From NCBI RefSeq assembly GCF_009914755.1, contig NC_060946.1: 64,000 bases of DNA. One strand, given 5' to 3'. Below, in pieces: positions 1-14,570 of the stretch (position 1 is its first letter; every line of letters begins with the position of its first letter). This DNA comes from the human T2T-CHM13v2.0 reference genome, Homo sapiens. A model generated the notes under the pieces. It ran no database searches and was not told where the DNA came from. It worked only from the letters and a program-made list of their open reading frames with translations. The translations under genes and the position numbers were made by a program.

Positions 1-294
1 CAGGCTGGGGCAACTCCACCTCGCCAGCCCGTGCCCCCAGAGGCCTCCGCCTGGCAGGGGCAGATGCAATGCATCCCGACGACCTCCCATGCACTCCAGG
101 AGCCGGGGTGCTCGTCTGCACTCCCCTCCGGCCTGCTGCTGGATGAGCTCCTGGCGAGCCCGGAGATTCTGCTGCAGGTGCAACCTTTCCTAGAAACGGA
201 GGCCCCTGGGGAGATGGAGGCCTTTGAAGGGGCCGCCTCGCTGGAAGCACCCCTCAGCTAGGAAGAATACCGGGCTCTGCTGGAGGAGCTTTAG
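1..294 (+). pseudogene. DUX4L: DUX4-like pseudogene copy A, 3' end only (C-terminal activation domain)
   Basis: Translates to ...[53 protein letters not shown]; premature TAG at 259-261 (GAG>TAG), ancestral stop at 292-294. Confidence 0.95.
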
Positions 295-990
295 GAAGCA
301 TTGTTGGGACGGGGTCGGGTCGGGGTAGGGTGGTGGCCTCTCTTTCGCGGGGAACACCTGGCTGGTTATGGAGGGTCGTGTCTTCCCCACGCCTCCTACA
401 CCGGGCTGACCAGCCTGGGATTCCTGCCTTCTTGGTCTAGGCCTGGTGAGAGACTCCACACAGCGGAAAACTGCCATTCTTTCCTGGGCATCCCAGGGAT
501 CCCAGATCCGGCCCAGGTAGCAGCAGGTGGGCCGCCTACTGTGCACGCGCGGGTTTGCTGGCAGCTGCCTGAGCTTTGGGAGCAGGCCGGACAGAGCTCT
601 CATGCCTATCAACCCATGCCTGACCAGCCCCTCCCCAACTCCACCACCCACCCCCGGAAAATGCGTCTTCCCCTGGGCTGGGTGGAGACCCACGTCCTGC
701 AAAACACCGGGCCCACGGAGGGTCCAGGCCTGACACCCCTAAAGCAGCTCGATTCCTCTGCATCTCTGCACCACTGTCGCGGGCCCGCCCGTGCCCCTGC
801 AGCCTCCCAGCTGCCACCATGGAGTGCCTGGCAGTGGAACACAGACTTCTAGCCCTCTTTGTCGGCCTCCTGGCTAGACCTGCGCTTATTGCCCAATCTG
901 GCTGATGTGCAAGGGAGTCCGCTGGCCTCTCTGTGCCCTTGTCCATCCGTGAAATTCGGGCTGAGGCTCTCCCAACACCTTCTGACACTC
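1..990 (+). repeat. D4Z4-derived unit A (partial): DUX4L 3' end, exon2/intron2 equivalents, pLAM-like end
   Basis: Colinear with the 3' parts of units B-E; exon-2-like gcctggtgagagactccac...cagcag|gtgggccgcc. Confidence 0.93.
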
Positions 991-1075
991 TTTAGTCAAA
1001 ACCTGGAGAATAGTTACATCTCCTGGATGATCACTTCAGAAATATGTCACAATGCCCCCTCCTTGCGGAGCCTAG
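878..1075 (+). other. pLAM / DUX4 exon-3-like segment without poly(A) signal (copy A)
   Basis: ggctag|acctgcgc...gtgaaattc...gttacatctcctggatgatc...atatGTCACAatgccccctcc; GTCACA (1046-1051) occupies the position of the 4qA ATTAAA (4qA sequence recalled). Confidence 0.85.
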
Positions 1076-4000
1076 AGAAGATTTGCATCATTAGGGTGAT
1101 CAGTGCAGAGATATATCACAATGTCCCCTGTACAAAAAGCCTGGAAATGATTTACATCACCTCGGTGATCAGTGCATAGGTATGTCAGAAATCCCCAGTA
1201 GGCTGACCCTAGACAAGGGTTACATCACTTAGGGGATCAGTGTAGAGATATGTGAAAATTCCCGTGTAGACAGAGCCTAGACAAGAGTTCCATCACCTAG
1301 TGATCAGTGCAGGGATAAGTTGTAAAGCTTCCTGTAGGCAGAGAGTAGACAAGAGTTTCCTCCCTGGGGTGATCAGAGTAGAGATATGTCACAAAGCCCC
1401 AGTAAGGAGAATCTTGACAAGGGTTACATCACCTGTTCGATCAGTGGAAATGTATATCACAAAGCCCCCTGTAGGCAAATCCCAGAAAATTGTTACATCA
1501 CCTGGGTGAGCAGTGGAGAGATCTGTCACAATGCCCCTGTAGGCAGAGCTTAGACAAGGGTTACATCACCTGGGTGATCAGTGCAGAGACATGTCAAAAC
1601 GCTCCTGTAGGCTGAACCTAGACAGAATTTACATCACCTGGGTGATCAGTGCAGAGATATGTGAGAATTCCAGTGTAGGCAGAGTCTAGACAAGTGTTAC
1701 ATCACCTAGGTTATCAGAGCAGGTATAAGTAATAAAGCCTCCTTTAGGAAGAGCGTAGACAAGAGTTCCCTCACCAGGGTGATCAATGCAGAGCTGTGTC
1801 ACAAAGCCCCCGTAGGCAGAGCCTAGACAAGAGTTTCATCACTTGGTTGATCAGTTCAGAGATGTGTCACAACGTCCATGTAGGCAGATCTAAGATAAGA
1901 TTCCATCACTTGGGCGATCAGCCCAGAGATATGTACCAATGTCCCCTGTAGGCAGTGCCTAGACAAGAGTTGCATCACCTCAGAGATCAGTGCATAGATA
2001 TGTCACAAAGCCTTCTGTAGGCAAACCCATAAAAGGCTTACATCACCTAGGTGATCAGTGCAGTAATATGTCACACAAATCCCTGTAGACAGAGCCTATG
2101 CAAGAGTTACATCACCTGGGTGATCAGTGCAGATATTTGACACAATGCTACCATACACAGACCAGACAAGACTTCCATCACCTGGGTGATAAGTGCAGAG
2201 ATATGTCACAAATCCCCCTCTAGGCAGAGTATAGAGAAGAGTCCATCACCTGGGTGATCACTGCAGAGATATTTAACAATGCCCCCTGTAGGCAGAGAGT
2301 GGACAAGGGTTACATAACCTAGTTGATCTGTGCAGAGCTATGTCAAAACGCCTCTGTAGGCAGAGCCTAGGTAAATGTTACATCACCTGGGTGATCAGTG
2401 CAGAGATACATCACAATACCCCCTGTAGGTGGAGCCTAGACAAGAGTTAAATCACCTTTGTGATCAGTACAGAAATATGTCACAAAGCCCCTGTAGGCAG
2501 AGCCTAAAGAAGAGTTACATCACCTGGGTGATCAGTGCAGAAATATGTCACAAAGCCCCTGTAGGATGAGCCTAGACAAGAGTTACATCTCCTGGGTGAT
2601 CAGTGCAAATATATGTCACAAAGCACCCTGTAGGCAGATCCTAGAAAAGAGTTACACCACCTAGGTGATCAGTGCAGAGATTTGTCAAAATTCCCTGTAG
2701 GCAGTGATTATAAAAGTGTTACATCACCTAAGATATCAGTTCAGAGATATGTCACAAAGCTCCTGTAGGCTGAACTTAGATGAGTTACATCACCTGGGTG
2801 ATCAGTGAAAAGGTATGTCACAAAGCCCCCTTCAGGCAAAGTCTAGACAATAGTTACATCAATTGAGTGATCAGTGGCGAGATCTCTCACAATTCCCCTG
2901 TAGGCAGAGCTTATACAACAGTTACATCACCTGGGTGATCAGTGCAGAGATATGTCACAACGCCCCCATAGGTAGATCGAAGACAGGAGTCCGTCACCTG
3001 GGTGATCAGTGCAGAAATATGTCACAATGACCCCCTAGGCAGAGCCTAGACAAAAGCCCCATCACCTGGATGATCAGTGTGGAGTTATGTCACAAAGTCG
3101 CTTTAGGCAGATCCTAGACAAGTGTTACATCACTTGGATGATCAGGGCAGAGATATGTCACAATGCCACTGTAGGCAGAGCTTAGAAAATATTTACATGA
3201 TCTAGGTGATCAGTGCCGAGATACATCGCAATGTCCCTGTAGGTAGAGCCTTGGCAAGTGGTCCATCAGCTGGGTGATCATTGCAGGTATATATCACAAA
3301 GCACCCTGTAGGCAGATCCTAGAAAAGAGTTACATCTCCTGGGTGATCAGTGCAGAGATATGTCACAATGCCACTGTTGGCAGAGCCTAGAGAAGAGCCC
3401 CATCACCTGGGTGATCAGTGCAGGGATATGTCACAAATCACTCTGTAGGCAGATCCTAGAGAAGAGTTATATCACCTGGGTGATCAGTGCAGAGATACAT
3501 CACAAGCCCCGTGTAGGCAGATCCGACAGAAGAGTTATATCACCTGGGTGATCAGTGCAGTGATATGTCACAATGCCGTGTAGCCAGAGCCTAGATTAAA
3601 TTTACAGCACATGGGAGAACAGTGCATAGATATGTCACAATGTCCCCAGTAGGCAGAGACCAGGCAAGAGTTGGATCACCTCGGGATCAGTGCAGAGATA
3701 TGTCTCAATCCCCCTGTGGGCACAGCCTAGACAAGAGTTACATCACCTCGGTTAACAGTGCAGAGATATGTCAAAACGCCCCTGTAGGCAGAGCCTACAC
3801 AAGTGTTACATTACTTATGTGATCAGTGCAGAGAAATGTTACAATACAACCTGTAAGCAGAGCCTAGACAAGAGTTACATCACTTGGGTTATCAGTGCAG
3901 AGATATGTGACAAGGCCCCTTTAAGCAGAGCCCAGACAATAGTTACATCACCTGAGTGATCTGTGCAGAGATCTGTCAGAATGCCCCTTTAGGCAGAGCT

Positions 4001-4656
4001 TACACCAGAGTTACATCACCTGGGTGATCAGTGCAGAGATATGTCACAATGCCCCCATAGCAAATCCAAGACATGAATCCGTCACATGGGTGATCAGTGC
4101 AGAATTATGTGACAAAGCCCCCAGTAGGCAGAGCCTAGAGAAGAGTCCCATCACCTGGGTGATCAGTGCAGAGATATTTCACAATGCCCCTGCAGGCAGA
4201 GCGTAAGCAAATGTTACATCACCTAGGTGATCAGTGCAGTGATATGACACAATGTCCCCTATAGGCAGAGCCTGGACAAGAGTTACATCACCTCGGTGAT
4301 CAATGCAGAGATATGTCACTATGCCCGGTAGGCAGAGCCTAGTCAAGCGTTATATCACCTGGGTGATCAGTGCAGAGATATGTCACAATGCCCTATACAC
4401 AGAGCCTAGACAAGAGTCCCATCACCTGGGTGATCAGTGCAGAAATATGTCACAATGCTCCCATAGGCAGATCCAATACAAGAGTTACATCACCTGGGTG
4501 ATCAGTGTAGAAATATGTCACAGTGGCCCCATAGGCAGAGCCTAGACAAAAGTCCCATCAGCTGGGTGAATAGTGCAGAGATATGTCACAAAGCCCCTGT
4601 AGGTAGAGTCTAGACAATAGTTACATCACTTTGTTGATCAGTTCAGAGATGTTTCA
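991..4656 (+). repeat. Beta (68-bp Sau3A/BSR) satellite block 1, ~54 monomers
   Basis: Tandem 68/69-bp monomer gatcagtgcagagatatgtcacaatgcccctgtaggcagagcctagacaagagttacatcacctgggt. Confidence 0.97.
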
Positions 4657-5244
4657 TGCTGACTGTTTGCTCCCGGAGCTCTGCGGGCACCCGGGAACAT
4701 GCAGCGAAAGGTGGAACACCGGCATGGTGCCTTCGCTCTCCTTGCCAGTTTCCAAACCGTCCACCCTGAAGACTCCCCATGTTGCTGCACACGGGAATCC
4801 ATCGTCAGGCCACCACGCCGGGGAGGCATCTTCTCTCTGGGGTCTCCCTCTTGTCTCCTAGGTGGAAATGAACGAGAGCCACACGCCTGCATGTGTGAGA
4901 CTGTCCCGGCAACGGCGACACCCACAGGCACTGCCTCCTTCACGGAGAGAGGGTCTGGAACACTCAAGACTCCCACGGAGTTTCAGTTCCACACTCCACT
5001 CCATCCTTCCAGGCCGGTTTCTCCCTGCTGAAGACGCGTGGCAGCCCAGAGAGCAGCTTCCAGTTCCCGCGGGATTCCTAGAGCGGTCCAGAGAGCCAGC
5101 CCCTGAAACGCGCCCCCCTCACCCTTTCCCCCAGCCCCCTTCCTCTTCGTCTCTCCGTCCCCACCACCACCATCAACACGCCCTCACCCCACACCCCACC
5201 ACCCCCCAGCCACAGGCCTCGACGTCCTGGGAACATTCCGGGGT

Positions 5245-6719
<1,475 letters not shown>

Positions 6720-7418
6720 GACGCGGAGTTGTGACTGGGTCGGGTCTAGGCAATGTTGTGGACTCTCTTTCACGGGGAACACCTGGTTGGCTATGGAGGG
6801 GCATGTCTCCCCCCCCCCCCCCACTGGGCTGACTGGCCTGGGATTCCTGCCTTCTAGGTCTAGGCACGGTGACAGACTCCACACAGCGGACAACTGCCAT
6901 TCTTTCCTGGGCATGCCGGGGATCCCAGAGCGAGCCTAAGTACCAGCAGGTGGGCCGCCTACTGTGCACACGCCAGTTTGTGGCAGCCGCCTGGGCTGCG
7001 GGAGCAGCCTGGGCAGAGCTCTCATGTCTTTCCACCACCCCACCCCCGCCTGACCACCCCCACCCCACCCCAAACCCCACACCCGGAAAATGCGCCCTCC
7101 CCTGTGCTGGGTGGGACCCCCGTCCCACAAAACACTGGGCCCCCGCAGCGTCCAGGCCTGACACCTCTCCGGCGGCTGGCCTCCTCTGCACCTCCGTGCC
7201 AACGTCGCTGTCCCACCCGTGCCCCTGCAGCCTCCCAGCTGCCACCGTGGAGCGCCTGGCGGCAGAACGCAGAAGTCTAGCTCTCTTTGCCAGCCTTCTG
7301 GCTAGACCTGTGCTCATTGCGCACCACGGCTGACATGCAAGGGAGCCCGCTGGCCTCTCTGTGCCCTTGTCCATTCGTGAAATTCCGGCTGAGGCTCTCC
7401 CAACACCTTCCGACGCTC

Positions 7419-10400
7419 TTTCATCAAAGCCTGCAGAATAGTTATATCTCCTGAATGATTGGCTCAGAAACAAGTCACAATGCCCCCTCCCTGTGGAGCC
7501 TAGAGAAGATTTGCATCATTTGGGTGATCAGTGCAGAGATATATCACAATATCCCCTGTACAAAAAGCCTGGAAATGATTTACATCACCTCGGTGATCAG
7601 TGCAAAGGTATGTCAGAAATCCCCTGTAGGCTGAACCTAGACTAGGGTTACATCACTTAGGTGATCAGTGTAGAGTTATGTGAAAATTCCCTTGTAGACA
7701 GAGCATAGACAAGAGTTCCATCACCTAGTGATCATTGCAGGGGTAAGTCGTAAAGTCTCCTGTAGGCAGAGTGTAGACAAGTGTTTCCTCCCTGGGGTGA
7801 TCAGTGCAGAGATATGTCACAAAGAACCTGTAGGCGGAGCCCAGACAAGGGTTACATCACCTGGGTGATCATTGCAGAAATATGTCACAAAGCACCTGTA
7901 GGCCGAGTCTAGACAAGAGTTACATCTCCTGGGTGATCAGTGCAAAGATATGTCAGAAAGCCCCCTGTAGACAAATCCCAGACAATTGTTACATCACCTG
8001 GGTGATCAGTGGAGATATCTGTCACAATTCCCCTTTAGGCAAAGCTTAGACAAGCATTGCATCACATGAGTGATCAGTGCAGAGATATGTCACTATGCCC
8101 CCATAGGCAGATCCAAGACAAGAGTCCATCACCTGGATGATCAGTGCAGAAATATGCCACAATGCCGCCAGTAGGGCGACATAGACAAGAGTTACATCAC
8201 CTGCGTGATCACTGCAGAGATATGTCACAATGCTCCTGTAGGCAGAGCCTAGAGAAGTGTCCCATCACCTGGGTGAAGAGTGCAGAGTTATGTCACAATG
8301 CCCCCTTTTGGTGGAGCCTAGACAAGGGTTACATCAGCTGTGTGATCAGTGCAGTGACATGTCACAATGTCCCTGTAGCCATATCCTTGACAAAAGTGAC
8401 ATCACCTGGGTGATCAGTGCTGAGATATGTCACAATGTCTCCAGTAGGCAGTGCCTAGACAAGAGTTACATCACCTGGGTGATAAGGGCAGAGATACGTC
8501 ACAATGCCCATTGTAAGCAGATCACAGACAAGAGTTGCATCACCTAGGTGATCAGTGCAGAGATATGTCTCAAGGCACCCTGTCGGCGAAGCCAATAAAA
8601 GAGTTAGATCATCTCGGTGATGAGTTCACTGATATGTTAAAATGCCCCTTTAGGCAGAGCTTAGACAAGGGTCACATCTCCTGGGTGATCAGTGCAGAGA
8701 TATGTCACAATGCCCCCTGTAGGCAGAGCATAGAGAAGAGTTGCATCAACTGTGTGATCAGTGCAGAGATATGTCACAATGTCCCCTGTAGGCAAAGGCT
8801 TTGCAAGAATTAGATAATCTTTGTCATCAGTTCAGGGATATGTGATAACGCCCCTGTAGGCAGAGACTAGACAACAGTTACATCACCTAGTTGATCAGTG
8901 CAGAGATATTTCACAATACCCCCGGTACGCAGATCCTAGACAAGAGTTGGATCACCTGGGTGATCAGTGCAGAGATATTTCAGAATGCCCCCTTTGGGCA
9001 GAGGTTATACAAGAGTTAAATCACCTAGGTAATCAGTGCAGAGATTTGTCAAAATTCCCTGTTGGCAATGCTTATAAATGTGTTACATCACCTATGTGAT
9101 CAGTGCAAGGATATGTCACAAAGCTCCTATAGGCAGAAATTGGATGAGTTACATCACCTGGGTGATCAGTAAAAAGGCATGTCACAAAGCCCCCTGTAGG
9201 CAAAGCCTAGACAATAGTTACATCCCTTTTGTGATCAGTGGCGAGATCTCTCACAATTCCCCTGTAGGCAGAGCTTATACAAGAGTTACATCACAAGGGT
9301 GATCAGTGCAGAGATATGTCACAATGCTCCCATAGGGAGATCCAAGACAAGAGTCTGTCACCTGGGTGATCAGTGCAGACATATGTCACAATGCCCCCTT
9401 AGGGAGAGCCTAGACGAAAGCCCCATCACCTGGATGATCAGTGCAGAGGTATGTCACAAATTCCCTTTAGGCAGATCCAAGACATGTGTTACATCACTTG
9501 GATGATCAGTGCAGAGATATGTCACAATGCCACTGTAGGCAGAGCCTAGACAAGTGTTACATGACCTGGGTGATCAGTGCAGAGCTACATCGCAGTATCC
9601 CTGTAGGCAGAGCCTTGACAAGTGGTACATCACCTGGGTGATCATTGCAGGGATATGTCCCAAAGCACCCTGTACGCAGATCCTAGAAAATAGTTACATC
9701 ACCTGGGTGATCAGTGCAGAGATATGTCACAATGCCACCGTAGGCAGAGCCTAGACAAGAGTCACATGACCTAGGTGATCAGTGCAGAGATACATCGCAA
9801 TGCCCTTGTAGGCAGAGCCTTTACAAGTGGTATATCACCTGGGTGATCATTACAGGGATATGTAAGAAAGCACCCTGTAGGCAGATCCTAGAGAAGAGTT
9901 ATATCAACTGGGTGATCAGTGCAGAGATATGTCACAAGCCCAGTGTAGGCATAGCCTAGGCAAGAGTAATATCACCTGGGTGATCAGTGCAGTGATATGT
10001 CACAATGCCGCGTAGCCAGAGCCTAGACTAAAGTTACAGCACCTGGGAGATCAGTGCAGAGAGATGTCAAAATGTCCCCAGGAGGCAGAGAACAGGCAAG
10101 AGTTGGATCACCTCGGGATCAGTGCAGAGATATGTGTCAATCCCCCTGTGGGCACAGCCTAGACAAGAGTTTCATCACAGTAGTTACCAGTGCAGAGATA
10201 TGTCAAAATGCCCCTGTAGGCAGAGCCTACGTAAGTGTTACATCACTTAGGTGATCAGTGCAGAGATATGTCACAATACCCCCTGTAAGCAGAGCCCACA
10301 CAATAGTTACATCACCTGGGTGATCAGTGCAGAGATCTGTCACAATGCCCCTTTAGGCAGAGCTTAGACAAGAGTTTCATCACCTGGGTGATCAGTGCAG

Positions 10401-13400
10401 AGATATGTCACAATTCCCCCATAGGCAAATCCAAGACAAGAGTCCATCACCTGGGTGATCAGTGCAGAAATATGTGACAATGTCCCCAGTAGGCAGAGCC
10501 TGGAGAAGAGTCCCATCACCTGGGTGATCAGTGCAGAGATATTTCACAATGCCCTTGCAGGCAGAGCGTAAGGAAGAGTTACATCACCTAGATGATCAGT
10601 GCAGAGATATGTCAAAATGCTCCTGTAGGCTGAACCTAGAAAGGAGTAACATCACCTGCGTGATCAGTGCAGAGATGCTTCACAATACCCCCTGTAGGTG
10701 GAGCTGAGACAAGAGGTACATCACCTGGGTGATCAGTACAGATATATGTCACAAATCCCCCTCTAGGCAGAGTATAGAGAAGAGTCCCATCACCTAGGCG
10801 ATCAGTGCAGAGATATTTCACAATGACCCCTGTAGGCAGAGAGTGGACAAGAGTTACATAACCTAGGTGATCTGCGTAGAGATACGTCACAGTCACCCCT
10901 GTAGGTGGAGCCTAGACAAGAGTAACATCACCTGGGTGATCAGTGCAGAAATACGTCACAATACCCCGTGTAGGTGGAGCCTAGACAAGAGTTACATCAC
11001 CTGGGTGATCAGTGCAGAGATATGTCACAAAGCCCCTGTAGGCCGAGCCTAAACAAGAGTTACATCACCTGGGTGATCAATGCAGAAATATGTCAAAAAG
11101 CCCCTGTAGGCCGAGCCGAGACATGTGTTATATCTCCTGGGTGATCAGTGCAAAGATATGTCACAACACCCACTATAGACAAATCCCAGAAAATTGTTAC
11201 ATCCCCTGGGTGATCAGTGGAGATATCTGTCACAATTCCCCTTTAGGTGTAGCTTAGACAAGCGTTACATCACATGAGTGATCAGTGCAGAGATATGTCA
11301 CTATGCCCCCATAGGCAGATCCAAGACAAGAGTCCATCACCTGTTTGATCAGTGCAGAAATATGCCATAATGCCGCCAGTAGGCAGATATAGACAAGAGT
11401 TACATCACCTGCGTGATCACTGCAGAAATATGTCACAATGTCCCTGTAGGCGGAGCCTAGACAAGGGTCCAATCACCTTGGTGATCAGTGTAGAGTTATA
11501 TCAAAATGTCCCCTTTTGACAGAGCCTAGACAAGGGTTACATCACCTGGGTGATCAGTGCAGAGATGTGTCACAAATCCCCTGTAGACAGAGCCTAGAAA
11601 AGTGTTACATCAGCTGTGTGATCAGTGCAGTGACAAGTCACAATGTCCCTGTGGCCATATCCTTGACAAAAGTGACAACACTTGGAGGGTCAGTGCGGAG
11701 ATATGTCACAATGTCTCCAGTAGGCAGAGCCTAGAAAAGAGTTACATCACCTGGGTGATCAGGGCAGAGATACGTCACAATGCCCCCTGTAAGCAGATTG
11801 CAGACAAGAGATGCATCACCTCCGTGATCAGTGCAGAGATATGTCTCAATGCCCCCTGTCGACGAAGCTTATACAAGAGTTACATCATCTCGGTGATCAG
11901 TGCAGTGATATGTTAAAATTCCCCTATAGGCAGAGCCTAGACAAGAGTTACATCACCTGGGTGACCAGTGCAGAGATATCTCACAATACACCCTGTAAGC
12001 CAAGCCTACACAAGAGTTACAACACCTGGGTGATCAGTGCAGTGATATGTCATTAATCCCACTGTAGGCAAAGCCTAGGCAAGTTTTACGTCACCTCTGC
12101 GTTCAGTGCAGAGATATGTCCCAATGTCACTCTAGGCAGAGCTTAGAAAACAGTCACATCTCCTGGGTGATCAATGCAGAGATAAGTCACAATGCCCCCG
12201 TAGGCAGATCCTAGACAAGAGTTACATAACCCGGGTGATCCGTGCAGACTGATGTCACAACGCCCTCTGTAGGCAGAGAATATAAAAGAGTTACATCACC
12301 TGGGTGATCAGTGCAGAGATATGTCACAATGCTCCCTGTAGGCAGAGCATAGAGAAGAGTTGCATCACAGGGGAGATCAGTGCAGACATATGTCACAATG
12401 TCCCCTATAGGCAAAGCCTAGGTAAGAGTTGCATCACCTGGGTGATGAGTGCAGATATATGTCACAATGTCCCCTGTAGGCAAAGCCTAGGCAAGAGTTA
12501 CATCATCTTTGTCATCAGTTCAGGTATATGTGAAAATGCCCCTGTAGGCAGAGCCTAGACAAGAGTTACACCAACAAGTTTACCAGTGCAGAGATATTTC
12601 ACAATATCACCTGTAGGCAGATACTAGACAAGAGTTGAATCACCTGGGTGATCAGTGCAGAGATATTTCACAATGCCCCTTTTGGGCAGAGGGTAGACAA
12701 GAGTTACATCACCTAGGTGATCAGTGAAGAGATTTGTCAAAATTCCCTGCAGGCAGTGCTTACAAAAGTGTTACATCACCTAAGTGATCAGTGCAGAGAT
12801 ATGTCACAAAGCTCCTGTAGGCAGAAGTTAGATGAGTTACATCGCCTGGGTGATCAGTGCAAAGGTATGTCACAAAGCCCCCTGTAGGCAAAGCCTAGAC
12901 AATAGTTACATCACTTGGGGGATCAGTGGTGAGATCTCTCACAGTTCCCCTGTAGGCAGAGCTTATACAACAGTTACATCACCTGGGTGATCAGTGCAGA
13001 GATATGTCACAATGCCCCCATAGGCAGATACAAGACAAGAGTCCGTCACCTGGATGATCAGTGCAGAAATATGTCACAATGCCCCCTTAGGCAGAGGCTA
13101 GACAAAAGCCCCATCACCTGGATGATCAGTGCAGATTTATGTCAAAGTCCCTTTAGGCAGATCCTAGACAAGTGTTACATCACCTGGGTGATCACTGCAG
13201 AGATATGTCACAATGCCACTGTAGGCAGAGCCTAGACAAGAGTTACATGACCTAGGTGATCAGGGCAGAGATGCATCGCAATACCCCTTTGGGCAGAGCC
13301 TTGAGAAGTGGTATATCACCTGGGTGATCATTGCAGGGATATGTCACAAAGAACCCTGTGGGCAGATCCTAGAGAAATGTTATATCACCTGGGTGATCAG

Positions 13401-14570
13401 TGCAGAGATATGTCACAAACCCCCTGTAGGCATAGCCTAGACAAGAGTTATATCACCCGGTTGATCAGTGCAGTGATATATCACAATACCGTGTAGCTAG
13501 AGCCTAGACTGAAGTTACAGCACCTGGGAGAACAGTGCAGAGATATGTCACAATGTCCCCAGTAGGCAGAGACCAGGCAAGAGTTGGATCACCTCGGGAT
13601 CAGTGCAGAGATATGTCTCAATACCCCTGTGGGCACAGCCTATACAAGAGTTACATCCCACCGGTTAACAGTGCAGAGATATGTCAAGATGCCCCTGTAG
13701 GCAGAGCCTACACAAGTGTTACATCACTCAGGTGATCAGTGCAGAGATATGTCACAATACCCCCTGTTAGCAGAGCTTAGACAAGAGTTACATCACCTGG
13801 GTGATCAGGGCAGAGATATGAGACAAGGCTCCTTTAAGCAGAGCCTAGCAATAGTTACATCACCTGAGTGATCAGTGCAGAGATCTGTCACAATGCCCCT
13901 TTAGGCAGAGCTTAGAGCAGAGTTACATCACCTGTGTGATCAGTGCAGAGATATCTCACAATGCCCCCATAGGCAAATCCAAGAGAAGAGTCCGTCACCT
14001 GGGTGATCAGTGCAGAAATATGTGACTATGCCCCCAGTATGCAGAGCCTAGGGAAGAGTCCCATCACCTGGGCGATCAGTGCAGAGATATTTCACAATGA
14101 CCCTGCAGGCAGAGGGTGAGCAAGAGTTACGTCACCTAGATGATCAGTGCAGAGATATGTCACAAGACCCCTTATAGGCAGAGCCTGGTCAAGAGTTACA
14201 TCACCTCGGTGATCAATGCAGTGATATTTCACTACGCCCCGTAGGCAGAGCCTATTCAAGCGTTACCTCACCTGGGTGATCAGTGCAGAGATATGTCACA
14301 AAGCCCCCATACACAGAGCCTAGACAAGAGTCCCATCACCTGGGTGATCAGTGCAGAAATACGTCACAATGCCCCCACAGGCAGATCCAACACAAGAGTT
14401 ACATCAACTGGGTGATCAGTGAAGAGATATGTCACAATGCCTCCATAGGCAGAGCCTAGACAAAAGTCCCGTCACCTGGGTGACCAGAGGAGACATATGT
14501 CACAAAGCCCCTGTGGGCAGAGCCTAGACAAGAGTTACATCACTTTGTTGACCAATTGAGAGATGTGTCA
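7419..14570 (+). repeat. Beta satellite block 2, ~105 monomers
   Basis: Continuous 68/69-bp monomers. Confidence 0.97.

Noticed and set aside
859-1179. Recurrent pLAM-beta junction ORF (…KFRLRLSQHLPTLFSQSLENSYISWMISSEICH…) at 859, 17282, 27128, 50896
   Set aside because: Non-ATG starts, mostly satellite-derived, broken in copy B; recurrence reflects duplication of the unit
991-4656. CRISPR-like pattern (palindromic conserved core plus variable part)
   Set aside because: The variable parts are homologous to one another rather than unique spacers, there are no cas genes, and the context is primate satellite
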